In this document: in pieces, positions 10,109-18,081 of the stretch
Layout: each line of letters starts with the position of its first letter
How positions within the stretch are numbered: the first letter of the stretch is position 1
DNA from: an uncultured Candidatus Saccharibacteria bacterium
Lineage (GTDB): Bacteria > Patescibacteriota > WWE3 > CAZQFB01
NCBI GenBank assembly: GCA_964592525.1
Contig: CAZQFB010000003.1
Span: 19,043 to 83,042 of the forward strand
Direction: 5' to 3'
Length of the DNA stretch: 64,000 nt
The notes under the pieces: generated by a model
What the model saw: the letters and a program-made list of their open reading frames with translations, nothing else
Told to the model about the DNA's origin: nothing
The model's database searches: none
Translations under genes and position numbers: made by a program

Positions 10109-10683
10109 CAACCACATTTTTTAGCTAGGATCATTTCTCGCTCTTGTGCTATGCCTCTGATTGTTCCTCCCATCTGTTTTTTATACGCTAGTATTTCCCA
10201 ACCCCTGTAAAGCTCTAAAAGCTCGTTTGGTTCAAGATAAAACCTAGAAGGATCTTCATTTTGAAGCTGACCATTATTAGTAAAAGCAATGATTAAATTT
10301 ACCCCTTGGGGCATGGTGTGTTGTTTTACCCTGTTAATTAATTGATAAGCCTTTTCTTTACTTAAGTAGTGCAGTACCCAAGTACACACGATACTGTCAT
10401 AATCTCTCGCAAACAAATAATCTTCAATGTTACATTCGCAAGTACTGATCGCCAAATGGCTTTGCCGGGCTTGTTGCTGAAGAGTAGCTAATGCTTTTTT
10501 GTCATTATCCACAGCTGTGACTCTAAACCCCTTAGACGATAGGTACAAAGCGTTTTTGCCGTCTCCTGACCCCAGATCCAAAATTTCTGGTCCTTTAAGA
10601 CGTTGGTGGTTTTCTCTGACAAAGTGAGTGGCTTTGATCCCCCAAGGGTGTGCTTCTTTTTGGTAAAAATCTGACCATTTCAT
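10108..10683 (-). CDS. Class I SAM-dependent methyltransferase (TehB-like)
   Basis: ILDLGSGDGKNALYL, VTAVD, VLHYL motifs. Confidence 0.88.
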   Translation of the reverse strand: MKWSDFYQKEAHPWGIKATHFVRENHQRLKGPEILDLGSGDGKNALYLSSKGFRVTAVDNDKKALATLQQQARQSHLAISTCECNIEDYLFARDYDSIVCTWVLHYLSKEKAYQLINRVKQHTMPQGVNLIIAFTNNGQLQNEDPSRFYLEPNELLELYRGWEILAYKKQMGGTIRGIAQEREMILAKKCG

Positions 10684-10730
10684 GTTGATCTTAACTTGAT
10701 TTCACTACTCTTTAAGTATAGGTTTATATT

Positions 10731-10946
10731 ATGCTGAAATTAGTCACACTGCTAATAATTGTAATCTTAAGTGTGGTTTTTGCCCTACAAAACGCATTTG
10801 TAGTGCGAGTTACTTTTTTAGCTTGGCAGTTTGATATCTCGCTAGCGCTTCTTCTGGTGATAACTTTTCTGTTAGGTTTCATGTTCACCTTCTTGGCTTC
10901 GGCTTCAATGCGCTTACACAAGAAAATAAGCCATACCCATGACTAA
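10731..10946 (+). CDS. LapA/DUF1049 family small membrane protein
   Basis: VFALQN-VRVTFLAW-SLALLL pattern. Confidence 0.8.
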   Translation: MLKLVTLLIIVILSVVFALQNAFVVRVTFLAWQFDISLALLLVITFLLGFMFTFLASASMRLHKKISHTHD

Positions 10947-11829
10947 AAAAAAAGACCAAAAACCATTAGCCGATATCAAAACGGCTTGGCTTCAAAAACA
11001 CGAATTAATTACCAAAAGAGTTCAAGCCAAACATGCTGAAGCACTTAAATACCTTAAACAAAAAGCTGATCCTAAAAAGTTAACTGCCGGTGCTGCGGGT
11101 AGTGTGTTGTTATTATTAAGTCCGGCTCATAATCTATTACCATCCGCCCACGAGATAGCCTCTGCTTTCCAAGCCGATCCGGATTGGCAGATTAATCAGA
11201 ACAAGAACTTGGTTAATCTGATTAAAGCTTTAGTGCCAACAGAAACACGTAACCTTAATGCCGATGAGGAATGGCATCTGGCGTCTACGTTGAGTGATTA
11301 TTTTGGGTTTTCGGTAGCAGGAGAGCTAGACGAGAAAAGGTTAAACCGGACTTATGGCATTATGGGTGCGGAACAACACCTTTATCGTTATCCGGGTGAT
11401 TCTCTCGCCCACCATAGTTCATTGACTGAAGGTGATAAATATATCGCGGCGGGGATTGCTCCTGGTTTGGGGGCGTGGGGTTATTTTGCTCCTTCCCAAG
11501 AAGTCTTTACGAGCCAAGATGAAGAAAAAGAACGTTGGTATCTGGCAGTGCAGACCTTTTTAGTGCCTGATTACAATGAGAGATTTCAGGAATACCGTGA
11601 TTTCTTTAAATACCGCAAGATGCTGGTAGTTAACCCGCAAACTGGACAAGCGGTAGTGGCGGTGATTGGTGATGCCGGTCCGGCACCTTGGACTGGTAAG
11701 CAGTTAGGAGGTTCTCCAGAGGTTATGGATAATCTGGGTTTGCGTGGTGAAGGAGCAGTCCTCTATTTTTTTGTGAACGATCCCGAAAATAAGATCCCAC
11801 TGGGTCCAGTAGCTGGAGGATATTTATGA
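10939..11829 (+). CDS. Hypothetical protein (possible DPBB/RlpA-like C-terminus)
   Basis: 296-aa ORF; VVAVIGDAGP motif. Confidence 0.75.
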   Translation: MTKKKDQKPLADIKTAWLQKHELITKRVQAKHAEALKYLKQKADPKKLTAGAAGSVLLLLSPAHNLLPSAHEIASAFQADPDWQINQNKNLVNLIKALVPTETRNLNADEEWHLASTLSDYFGFSVAGELDEKRLNRTYGIMGAEQHLYRYPGDSLAHHSSLTEGDKYIAAGIAPGLGAWGYFAPSQEVFTSQDEEKERWYLAVQTFLVPDYNERFQEYRDFFKYRKMLVVNPQTGQAVVAVIGDAGPAPWTGKQLGGSPEVMDNLGLRGEGAVLYFFVNDPENKIPLGPVAGGYL

Positions 11830-12125
11830 CCTATTTTTATAAAAACTGTATTGATATCAGTCAGATATTAGAGCTTTTAGGAGAGTTGGGTGAATCCGAA
11901 CGACAAGAGTTTGGTCGGCTAACAGAATCAATGGTTCATCATGTGGTGGTTGATGTGGTGCTTATTAATTTATCAGCTAAGGATCAAAAGGTGTTTTTAC
12001 GTAATTTAACTAAAGATGATCATGACAAAACGTGGTCTCATTTATCTAAAAAGATTGACCATTTAGAAGATAAAATCATGGTTGCCTTTTTGGAATTAAA
12101 AGCCTCTCTTCAGCAAGATCTTTAA
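11826..12125 (+). CDS. Hypothetical protein
   Basis: 99-aa ORF coupled to the upstream gene by an ATGA overlap. Confidence 0.7.
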   Translation: MTYFYKNCIDISQILELLGELGESERQEFGRLTESMVHHVVVDVVLINLSAKDQKVFLRNLTKDDHDKTWSHLSKKIDHLEDKIMVAFLELKASLQQDL

Positions 12126-13129
12126 AGCTGGTGTAAGGCTTGTTCAACCAGTAACATGGTGTCGGTAGCTAAGATTTTGGCGCGTTGGTTACCTTGGTTA
12201 ATTATTTCTTCTAGCTCTTGGGGATTATCTACATATTGCAGTTTTCTATGCTGATACTCTTTTAAAAAGTGGTTAATGATCGTGATTAACAACTCCTTAA
12301 AATCGGCCATGACCTGGTTACCTTGTTGGTGTTGTTGGCACAAATGTTTTAGTTGTGTCCGTTGCTCCTCACTACTGGTTAAATTACGCGCGATGGTGAT
12401 TAAACTCTGCAGGTTAGGGCTCATCTCTCCCGCTTCTGCGGTTTCGGCCCGCATAATTTTTTTGGCTACCTCATCTGGAGTATCACTAAGAAAAATAGCA
12501 CCTTCTGGGTAACTTTTACTCATTTTTGAAGATCCTTTAAGAGATAAAATCCTTAATGCCCTCATGGTGTGGGGTTGTGGTTCAACAAAGATATTGTGGT
12601 AGGTGGAGTTAAAACGGTGGGTTAGTTTTCTTGTTACTTCCAGATGGGCTAGTTGGTCCTCACCTACTGGTACTTTAGCGGCTCTAACTAAAAGGATATC
12701 CGCTGCCATTAAAACCGGGTAAAGCAGCAGCAGGGTGTTAGCCGTTTCCGTTTGTTGCTTAGCATCAATTTTATCTTTCAGGGTAGGAACGCGCAATAAT
12801 TCGGCTACACTGATGTGCTTTGATAAGATTAGGGTCAACTGGCTTAATTCTTTAAATAAATATGATTGCTGGTAAAGAGCTGTTTTATGCGGGTCTATAC
12901 CTAAAGCTAATAAATCAAGGCTGACCTCTTTTGCGTATTGATCAGCTGTAGTTGGGGCATGGGTGGTGTAGGCATGGAGATCCGCGATAAAGACCATCAT
13001 CTCCAGCTCTTTTTGCTGAAGCTCAACAATGGGTTTAATGGCGCCAATGTAGTTAGCTAAGGTTAAATTACCAGTAGGTCTAATTCCAGTGACGATATCT
13101 AGTTTGGTTTCAGGCTTGATGTTGTTCAC
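12122..13129 (-). CDS. trpS: Tryptophan--tRNA ligase
   Basis: TGIRPTG, YPVLMAADIL, VPVGEDQ, KMSKS; GTG start 7 nt after TGtTAAAAT. Confidence 0.93.
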   Translation of the reverse strand: MNNIKPETKLDIVTGIRPTGNLTLANYIGAIKPIVELQQKELEMMVFIADLHAYTTHAPTTADQYAKEVSLDLLALGIDPHKTALYQQSYLFKELSQLTLILSKHISVAELLRVPTLKDKIDAKQQTETANTLLLLYPVLMAADILLVRAAKVPVGEDQLAHLEVTRKLTHRFNSTYHNIFVEPQPHTMRALRILSLKGSSKMSKSYPEGAIFLSDTPDEVAKKIMRAETAEAGEMSPNLQSLITIARNLTSSEEQRTQLKHLCQQHQQGNQVMADFKELLITIINHFLKEYQHRKLQYVDNPQELEEIINQGNQRAKILATDTMLLVEQALHQL

Positions 13130-13157
13130 AGCTTCAATTTTAACACTAAATAACACA

Positions 13158-14102
13158 TTAACGGTTCCTAAGCCACCGGACCATTTCACTTAGGCCTTGA
13201 GATATGGGGGTGTGTGGCGAAAAGCCAAGCAGCCTTTCTGCCTTGGTGGTATCAGCAAAGGTTTGCTTAACATCACCCAGCTGTTCTGGTAAATGTTTAA
13301 TAACAGCCTGTTTTGCTAGCACCTTTTCAATTTCAGCTATCAGTTCAAGGACACTAATGGGAGAGGCGTTGCCTAAATTGATAATTTCATAAGCAACGTT
13401 TTTAGTTATGCTGGCGACCACACCCGCGATAATATCATCAATATAAGTAAAATCTCGGCTCATAGAACCATCCCCATAGACAGGTATTTCTTGCCCTGCT
13501 TCAATTAGTTCCATAAATTTGCGAATGGCAAGGTCGGGTCTTTGCCGTGGACCATAGACCGTGAAAAAGCGTAAACAGACCACTGGTAATTGGTATAGTT
13601 GGTGATAGGTGTAACATAGTAACTCACCAGCTTTTTTCGTGGCAGCATAGGGGGAAATAGGACGATCAACCGGATCGGACTCACTAAAGGGTATCCTAGT
13701 GCTGTTGCCATAGACCGAGGATGAAGAAGCAAAGATCAGCCTAGCCACCCCAAATTGGCGACACATTTCTAATATGTTTAAGGTGCCTTTAATGTTTACT
13801 TCTTCATAGAGTAGGGGGTTTTCAATGGAAGGTCTTACCCCAGCTTTAGCTGCTAAGTGTATTACGACCTCTGGTTTAAACAGTGAAAATGCTTGCTCTA
13901 AAAAAGTATAATCCCGAATATCATCTTCAAAAAGCTTGACCTTATTATTTTGCACAGATTGATTGATATTAGCTCTTTTTTCCTCTGGGCTATAAAAGTC
14001 ATCAAAATTATCAATAAGGGCAAGATTATGATTTTGCTGTAATAAATGATCAACTAAATGAGAGCCAATAAACCCAGCTCCGCCAGTGACTAATATTTTC
14101 AT
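13158..14102 (-). CDS. NAD-dependent nucleotide-sugar epimerase (UDP-glucuronate 4-epimerase-like)
   Basis: VTGGAGFIG, HLAAKAGVRPS, YAATKKAGE, RFFTVYGP motifs. Confidence 0.92.
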   Translation of the reverse strand: MKILVTGGAGFIGSHLVDHLLQQNHNLALIDNFDDFYSPEEKRANINQSVQNNKVKLFEDDIRDYTFLEQAFSLFKPEVVIHLAAKAGVRPSIENPLLYEEVNIKGTLNILEMCRQFGVARLIFASSSSVYGNSTRIPFSESDPVDRPISPYAATKKAGELLCYTYHQLYQLPVVCLRFFTVYGPRQRPDLAIRKFMELIEAGQEIPVYGDGSMSRDFTYIDDIIAGVVASITKNVAYEIINLGNASPISVLELIAEIEKVLAKQAVIKHLPEQLGDVKQTFADTTKAERLLGFSPHTPISQGLSEMVRWLRNR

Positions 14103-14186
14103 AATATCTATCATAACAGGTGACTAGAACCCTATAGTGTGGTAGTATGTATGCAAATCTCAACCATATCACCAGGAGGATGGGCA

Positions 14187-14432
14187 ATGAGTGATGACAC
14201 TCCGTCTTGTTCATTGTTGGCAGCCATCCCGGTGGCAGCCCTAGTGTTGACTGTTTTACCAGACAGGCTGGAATCGGTATTCTTGGCCCTTGTTGTCTGG
14301 TTGGTGGGAGTAGTGTTTGGCTGGCCGCTACGAAATGAGAACGAATGGCTGCTGCTGGGCTTTACTGCGGTGTCCCAAGTAACCATCATTGCGTTGGTGA
14401 GATTGTTGTTTGTAGTGACAGCTGGTGGATAG
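14187..14432 (+). CDS. Orphan small membrane protein (81 aa, about 3 TM); mini-cassette D
   Basis: SD AGGAGG; promoter GTGACT-17-TAGTAT at 14120-14148; hairpin 14421-14446. Confidence 0.7.
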   Translation: MSDDTPSCSLLAAIPVAALVLTVLPDRLESVFLALVVWLVGVVFGWPLRNENEWLLLGFTAVSQVTIIALVRLLFVVTAGG

Positions 14433-14446
14433 TATTATCCACCAGC
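14421..14446 (+). terminator. Intrinsic terminator overlapping the stop of cassette D
   Basis: GCTGGTGGATA-gtat-TATCCACCAGC followed by gcTTTT. Confidence 0.75.
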
Positions 14447-14763
14447 GCTTTTCTAATTTACTCTACCAGCTTTGCTTAAGCGCACAAAATAAGTGTTAAT
14501 ATATTTAGATCACCCTTAAGACTTTGTCGTTTGAATGAAAACTTGTTGAAGGCAAACGAATTAAGCTAGAGCTATAGTTAACCCAGCACTTTTAAAAATA
14601 ACTGGGTGATGGCTAAGCGAGAGAATTGGTAAAATATTTAGTTGTAAATGTAATATTGCTTTCGTAGCCTGGCTCCGTGCTAATACTTCAAAGCGACAGG
14701 AGTCGGTCGTTTGTTGCTTGGTTCTGAATAAGAGGGCAAAATATCATCTTGAGTATCTATTTT

Positions 14764-14836
14764 GCCTCCGTAGCTCAAAGGATAGAGTGTCTGGCTTCGA
14801 ACCAGAAGGTTGGGGGTTCAAGTCCTCCCGGAGGCG
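14764..14836 (+). tRNA. tRNA-Arg(TCG)
   Basis: Cloverleaf; TCTGG-CTTCGAA-CCAGA; CCA not encoded. Confidence 0.93.
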
Positions 14837-14870
14837 CCGATCATAGTATATATTTGTTTTTTGGGATTTT

Positions 14871-15040
14871 GACCCACTAACTGAAAGTATTTAGGTCCCA
14901 CAATTGTGTAAGCAAGAAAGTTGAAGGCGCACGAGGAGAGGAAAGCACCAACCACCCAAAAGCAGCTATCGTTTAGTGTGCGTGTTGGTCAAGAATGTAG
15001 CTTAGATATTTTAGTTGGAGTACAAATTTAAGCATGGGTC
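14871..15040 (+). ncRNA. Candidate rod-shaped ncRNA (6S-like)
   Basis: Nested stems 14871-76/15035-40, 14877-95/15001-18 and 14927-32/14978-83 around a central bubble. Confidence 0.4.
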
Positions 15041-15094
15041 TATTAAGTAAGCCTATTAGAAAAGGTATCTTTAAGCGTATAGAATAGAAACATT

Positions 15095-15766
15095 ATGTCA
15101 GCTGACTATCTAATCTGGGAGCAGATAAATTTAAAGAATCCACATGCTCAAGAAATCACAATAAAATATGACTCCGGTTTTTTGTTTACCCGCACCGGGA
15201 AAGGGGACATGATCCAAACTAGATCCTTAAGAGCTAATTTGGGTGAGTTTAAGTTTAATTCGGAAAACCGCAGAATATTGAAAAATTGGTCAAATCTAAA
15301 ACTCCAACCCACCCCCCTCCCACTACCGTTGTGCGACTATAGTTGGGGCATTCATAAGCTGGGAAATGAGTATTATTCTAAAAAATTTGGTCCGGATACT
15401 TTTAGTGCTAATAAGATTCGGCAATTAATTACTGATAAAGAAAGCTCAAATTTTAATATGCTTATGGAATATGTTTTAGATTCAGACAAAGTTGGGTATG
15501 CAATATGTTACGAGAATAATGACCTATTTCATTATGCTTATCCGTTTTATAAGTTTGAGTATTATAAGGGTCTTGGTATGGGAATGATGGTTAGGGCCGT
15601 AGAATACGCTGTTAACACCGGTAAAAAGTATTTATATTTAGGTTCTGCCAGCAAGCCAAAAGATCGTTATAAGCTTCAGTTTGAAAACCTAGAGTGGTTT
15701 GATGGAATATCTTGGCATAGTAGCACCAAAGAGCTAAAAGATATTATTCAAAGCAAACATTTGTAA
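15095..15766 (+). CDS. Aminoacyl-tRNA--protein transferase-like (ATE/Bpt, GNAT-fold) protein
   Basis: QTRSLR, HYAYPFY, LGMGMM, KKYLYLG, YKLQF and LEWF motifs. Confidence 0.7.
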   Translation: MSADYLIWEQINLKNPHAQEITIKYDSGFLFTRTGKGDMIQTRSLRANLGEFKFNSENRRILKNWSNLKLQPTPLPLPLCDYSWGIHKLGNEYYSKKFGPDTFSANKIRQLITDKESSNFNMLMEYVLDSDKVGYAICYENNDLFHYAYPFYKFEYYKGLGMGMMVRAVEYAVNTGKKYLYLGSASKPKDRYKLQFENLEWFDGISWHSSTKELKDIIQSKHL

Positions 15767-15825
15767 TTGACACTAGACCTATAGTAGGTTATATTGCTGA
15801 TCCGTACGCAACAAGGAGAGAGAAC

Positions 15826-16029
15826 ATGTTCGGTTTCACGACTGTTTTTGTAGTGGTGTTTATACTGGTGCTCGTTTCGGATAAGAGGGAAGAGGGCTTA
15901 AGCAGAACCTACAGACTGGCGGTTCTCACCCTGCTCTATCTAGTGAGTTACCGGATTTGGGAGTTGGCGGAAATGATTGAAGAGCAGGCTCAAATCTTGG
16001 TTGAGATCCAGAAGTACCTGGTCCAGTAA
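15826..16029 (+). CDS. Orphan small membrane protein (67 aa, 2 TM); mini-cassette E
   Basis: TTGACA-17-TATATT at 15767-15795; SD AAGGAG; downstream hairpin at about 16038-16080. Confidence 0.75.
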   Translation: MFGFTTVFVVVFILVLVSDKREEGLSRTYRLAVLTLLYLVSYRIWELAEMIEEQAQILVEIQKYLVQ

Positions 16030-16261
16030 CTTGTCATGACCCCGTATCATTGCACTAGGTGTATTTGAGTTGCGGGGTTATTTATTTAATTAGAAGATAA
16101 TTCAAATTATTAAATAGTTGTTGCTCGTGTAGGTTCAGCATTTTCTTTTTGTTAAGGCGGGCTTTCGTCATAGGACTCTTATTTATTCGCCACAGCCACA
16201 TTTAATTTGTTTGAATATTTTCATTTGTTGGATAGCCCACTAGTGGTTAGTAGGTTTTACA

Positions 16262-16373
16262 ACCCAGAACATCGACGATGCTTCCCATCCTGAATGACAA
16301 ATTACAAAGTCAGGTGTTCCTATTATCATAAGCAACGTCGAAAAAAGGAGTCTCCTTACAAGGAGACTCCTTT
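16262..16373 (+). ncRNA. Candidate small RNA
   Basis: TTGGAT-17-TAGGTT promoter; stem TCGACG/CGTCGA plus TGCTT/AAGCA; 14-bp terminal hairpin 16344-16373. Confidence 0.4.
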
Positions 16374-16381
16374 ATATAACA

Positions 16382-16453
16382 CTAGAGTGGTTTGATGGTA
16401 GTAGCTGGTCTGGGGATATGGATGCTTTGAAAAATATAATCAGTGCAAAGTGA
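16382..16453 (+). pseudogene. Displaced alternative 3' end of the ATE-like gene
   Basis: Translates LEWFDGSSWSGDMDALKNIISAK*, homologous to LEWFDGISWHSSTKELKDIIQSKHL*. Confidence 0.85.
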
Positions 16454-16494
16454 TTAACCCGGCTGATAGTAATCTTATACTTATGTATAAAAAC

Positions 16495-16525
16495 GAACCC
16501 GTTAGCTAGAATATCTAACGGGTTC
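16495..16525 (-). terminator. Intrinsic terminator of cassette F
   Basis: GAACCCGTTAG / CTAACGGGTTC with a T-run on the minus strand. Confidence 0.75.
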
Positions 16526-16533
16526 ATGGTGGT

Positions 16534-16737
16534 CTAGAAGACAAGTAGTGCTGTTACTACTACTGCAATACCAACCGCTGTTCCAACCATGCCTTTTAGT
16601 ATAGCTCCTGTAACTATCAGGTGCTCCTCCTCGTCCAGTAACCGAAACAACTTTTCTAGGTTGATCATTGCGTACATAAATCCCAAAAAAGCCATCAAGC
16701 TGCCTACGATCACATACATTCTTTCAACCTCGGTCAC
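16534..16737 (-). CDS. Orphan small membrane protein (67 aa, 2 TM); mini-cassette F
   Basis: TTGACT-17-TATAAG at 16804-16776; SD AGGGGG; terminator downstream. Confidence 0.75.
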   Translation of the reverse strand: MTEVERMYVIVGSLMAFLGFMYAMINLEKLFRLLDEEEHLIVTGAILKGMVGTAVGIAVVVTALLVF

Positions 16738-16935
16738 GTCTTCCCCCTAGTGGTGTGTGGTTGATACTTGACAGACTTATAGCAAGTTAGCATCTTGAAG
16801 TCAATTACAAAATTGTAATACCGAACTTCAAACCAAAAAGGACCGTCCTTTTACGGATTTAGTAACCTGGGGAGTTGTAATTGATCTTTCGGCTTTCCTA
16901 GCTTTAGAGTTTAAAAGTATGCGCTTAACTAAGTG

Positions 16936-17007
16936 TACCCCGTGCAGGATTCGAACCTGCGACCAATCGGTTAAGAGCCGAGTGCTCTACCACTGAGCTA
17001 ACGGGGC
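16936..17007 (-). tRNA. tRNA-Lys(CTT)
   Basis: Minus-strand cloverleaf; anticodon loop CTCTTAA. Confidence 0.93.
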
Positions 17008-17225
17008 GTAGCCGTAAGATGACGACACCGCTATCCTTTATCACTACTGTGCAATATGGTAACAAAAAGCAGCGTTATTCTCTCCAAAGTTAGGAAACTA
17101 ATATTTACCAGCTAGCATAGCTGCCTATTAACAAGATATTGTACTGTGCAGAAACCATTCTCTCAAGTAGTGTGCTAAAATAAATATGCGGAATGAGACT
17201 AATGCCATTTTCTCCTCCTCCTTGC

Positions 17226-17267
17226 TGGAGGGAGGGTGTCCCGGGGCAGACACCCTCCCTCCATTTT
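17226..17267 (+). terminator. 15-bp GC-rich hairpin followed by a T-run
   Basis: TGGAGGGAGGGTGTC / GACACCCTCCCTCCA then TTTT. Confidence 0.75.
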
Positions 17268-17320
17268 ATTTGTCTACTTATCCTAAATTATGTATCTTTA
17301 CAGCAGCAAATGTTGCTATT

Positions 17321-17404
17321 GCCCACGTGGCGGAATTGGTAGACGCGCTACGTTCAGAGCGTAGTTTTCGCAAGAAAGTGTAGGTTCGAATCCTATCGTG
17401 GGCA
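17321..17404 (+). tRNA. tRNA-Leu(CAG)
   Basis: Cloverleaf with long variable arm; loop TTCAGAG. Confidence 0.93.
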
Positions 17405-17409
17405 CTATC

Positions 17410-17489
17410 CTTCGCTAAAGCTTCAGATAGCTAGAGAGAAAGACAGCTCTGCCTAGGTGTCTTTACTACTCGTAGTTTTATCAGCGAAG
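17410..17489. repeat. REP/REPIN-like imperfect inverted repeat
   Basis: CTTCGCTAAAGCTTC ... CGTAGTTTTATCAGCGAAG with an inner AAAGAC/GTCTTT stem. Confidence 0.5.
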
Positions 17490-17537
17490 TGTGGACTCCT
17501 CTCGTGGGTACATATTTGGTAAAATAAGGTCTCATCT

Positions 17538-17624
17538 GGGCGAGTGGTGGAATTGGTAGACACGCTACCTTGAGGGGGTAGTGCCAGAAATGGTGTGGAG
17601 GTTCAAGTCCTCTCTCGCCCACCA
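17538..17624 (+). tRNA. tRNA-Leu(GAG)
   Basis: Cloverleaf with long variable arm; loop TTGAGGG; CCA encoded. Confidence 0.93.
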
Positions 17625-17690
17625 ATAATGAGGTGCAGGTGCTTTACGTCGCTTTAAAAGATGTTTAGTATGTAAGCAATCATTGAACCT

Positions 17691-17763
17691 GCCGAGGTAG
17701 CCAAGGTGGTCACGGCACATGTCTGAAAAACATGGGATGTCAGTTCGACTCTGACCCTCGGCA
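17691..17763 (+). tRNA. tRNA-Phe(GAA)
   Basis: CATGT-CTGAAAA-ACATG anticodon arm; GTTCGA T-loop. Confidence 0.9.
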
Positions 17764-17767
17764 CACT

Positions 17768-17840
17768 GCGGGAGTAGCTCAGTTGGTAGAGCGTTTCCTT
17801 GCCATGGAAAAGGTCGCGGGTTCAAATCCCGTCTCCCGCT
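17768..17840 (+). tRNA. tRNA-Gly(GCC)
   Basis: TTTCC-TTGCCAT-GGAAA anticodon arm; U73. Confidence 0.95.
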
Positions 17841-17844
17841 CATA

Positions 17845-18081
17845 ATGTACACGACATACATTATTAGAGGTAGAGCTACTGGCAGGTATTATATTGGTAG
17901 CACAGCTGATTTTGAGAGAAGATTAGCTGAGCATAATCGGGGGCACACTTTATTTGATAAGGTCAACGAACCATTTGAAGTCATTAGGGTTGAAAAGTAT
18001 AGTACAAAGAGAGAAGCGCTTAAGAGAGAAGGGAAGATTAAGAGCTTTAAGGGAGGTAATAGTTTTAGAAAACTAGTTTGA
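17845..18081 (+). CDS. Stand-alone GIY-YIG nuclease family protein
   Basis: MYTTYII, YYIGST, RRLAEHN, EALKREGKIK motifs. Confidence 0.92.
   Translation: MYTTYIIRGRATGRYYIGSTADFERRLAEHNRGHTLFDKVNEPFEVIRVEKYSTKREALKREGKIKSFKGGNSFRKLV

Larger units (their letters stand above)
15689..16398 (+). repeat. 17-bp direct repeat CTAGAGTGGTTTGATGG (15689-15705 and 16382-16398)
   Basis: Exact match read directly; both copies begin a LEWFDG reading frame. Confidence 0.9.

Noticed and set aside
14935-15005. RNase P RNA, suggested by GAGGAAAG
   Set aside because: It lacks the following TCC...C and the 3' P4 partner, and the region is too short
16076-16225. Short minus-strand frames (13 and 39 codons)
   Set aside because: No SD or promoter support and no recognisable motif
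17186-17861. ORFs 17186-17383, 17431-17625 and 17565-17861 from the track
   Set aside because: They overlap tRNA genes and are shadow translations of tRNA sequence
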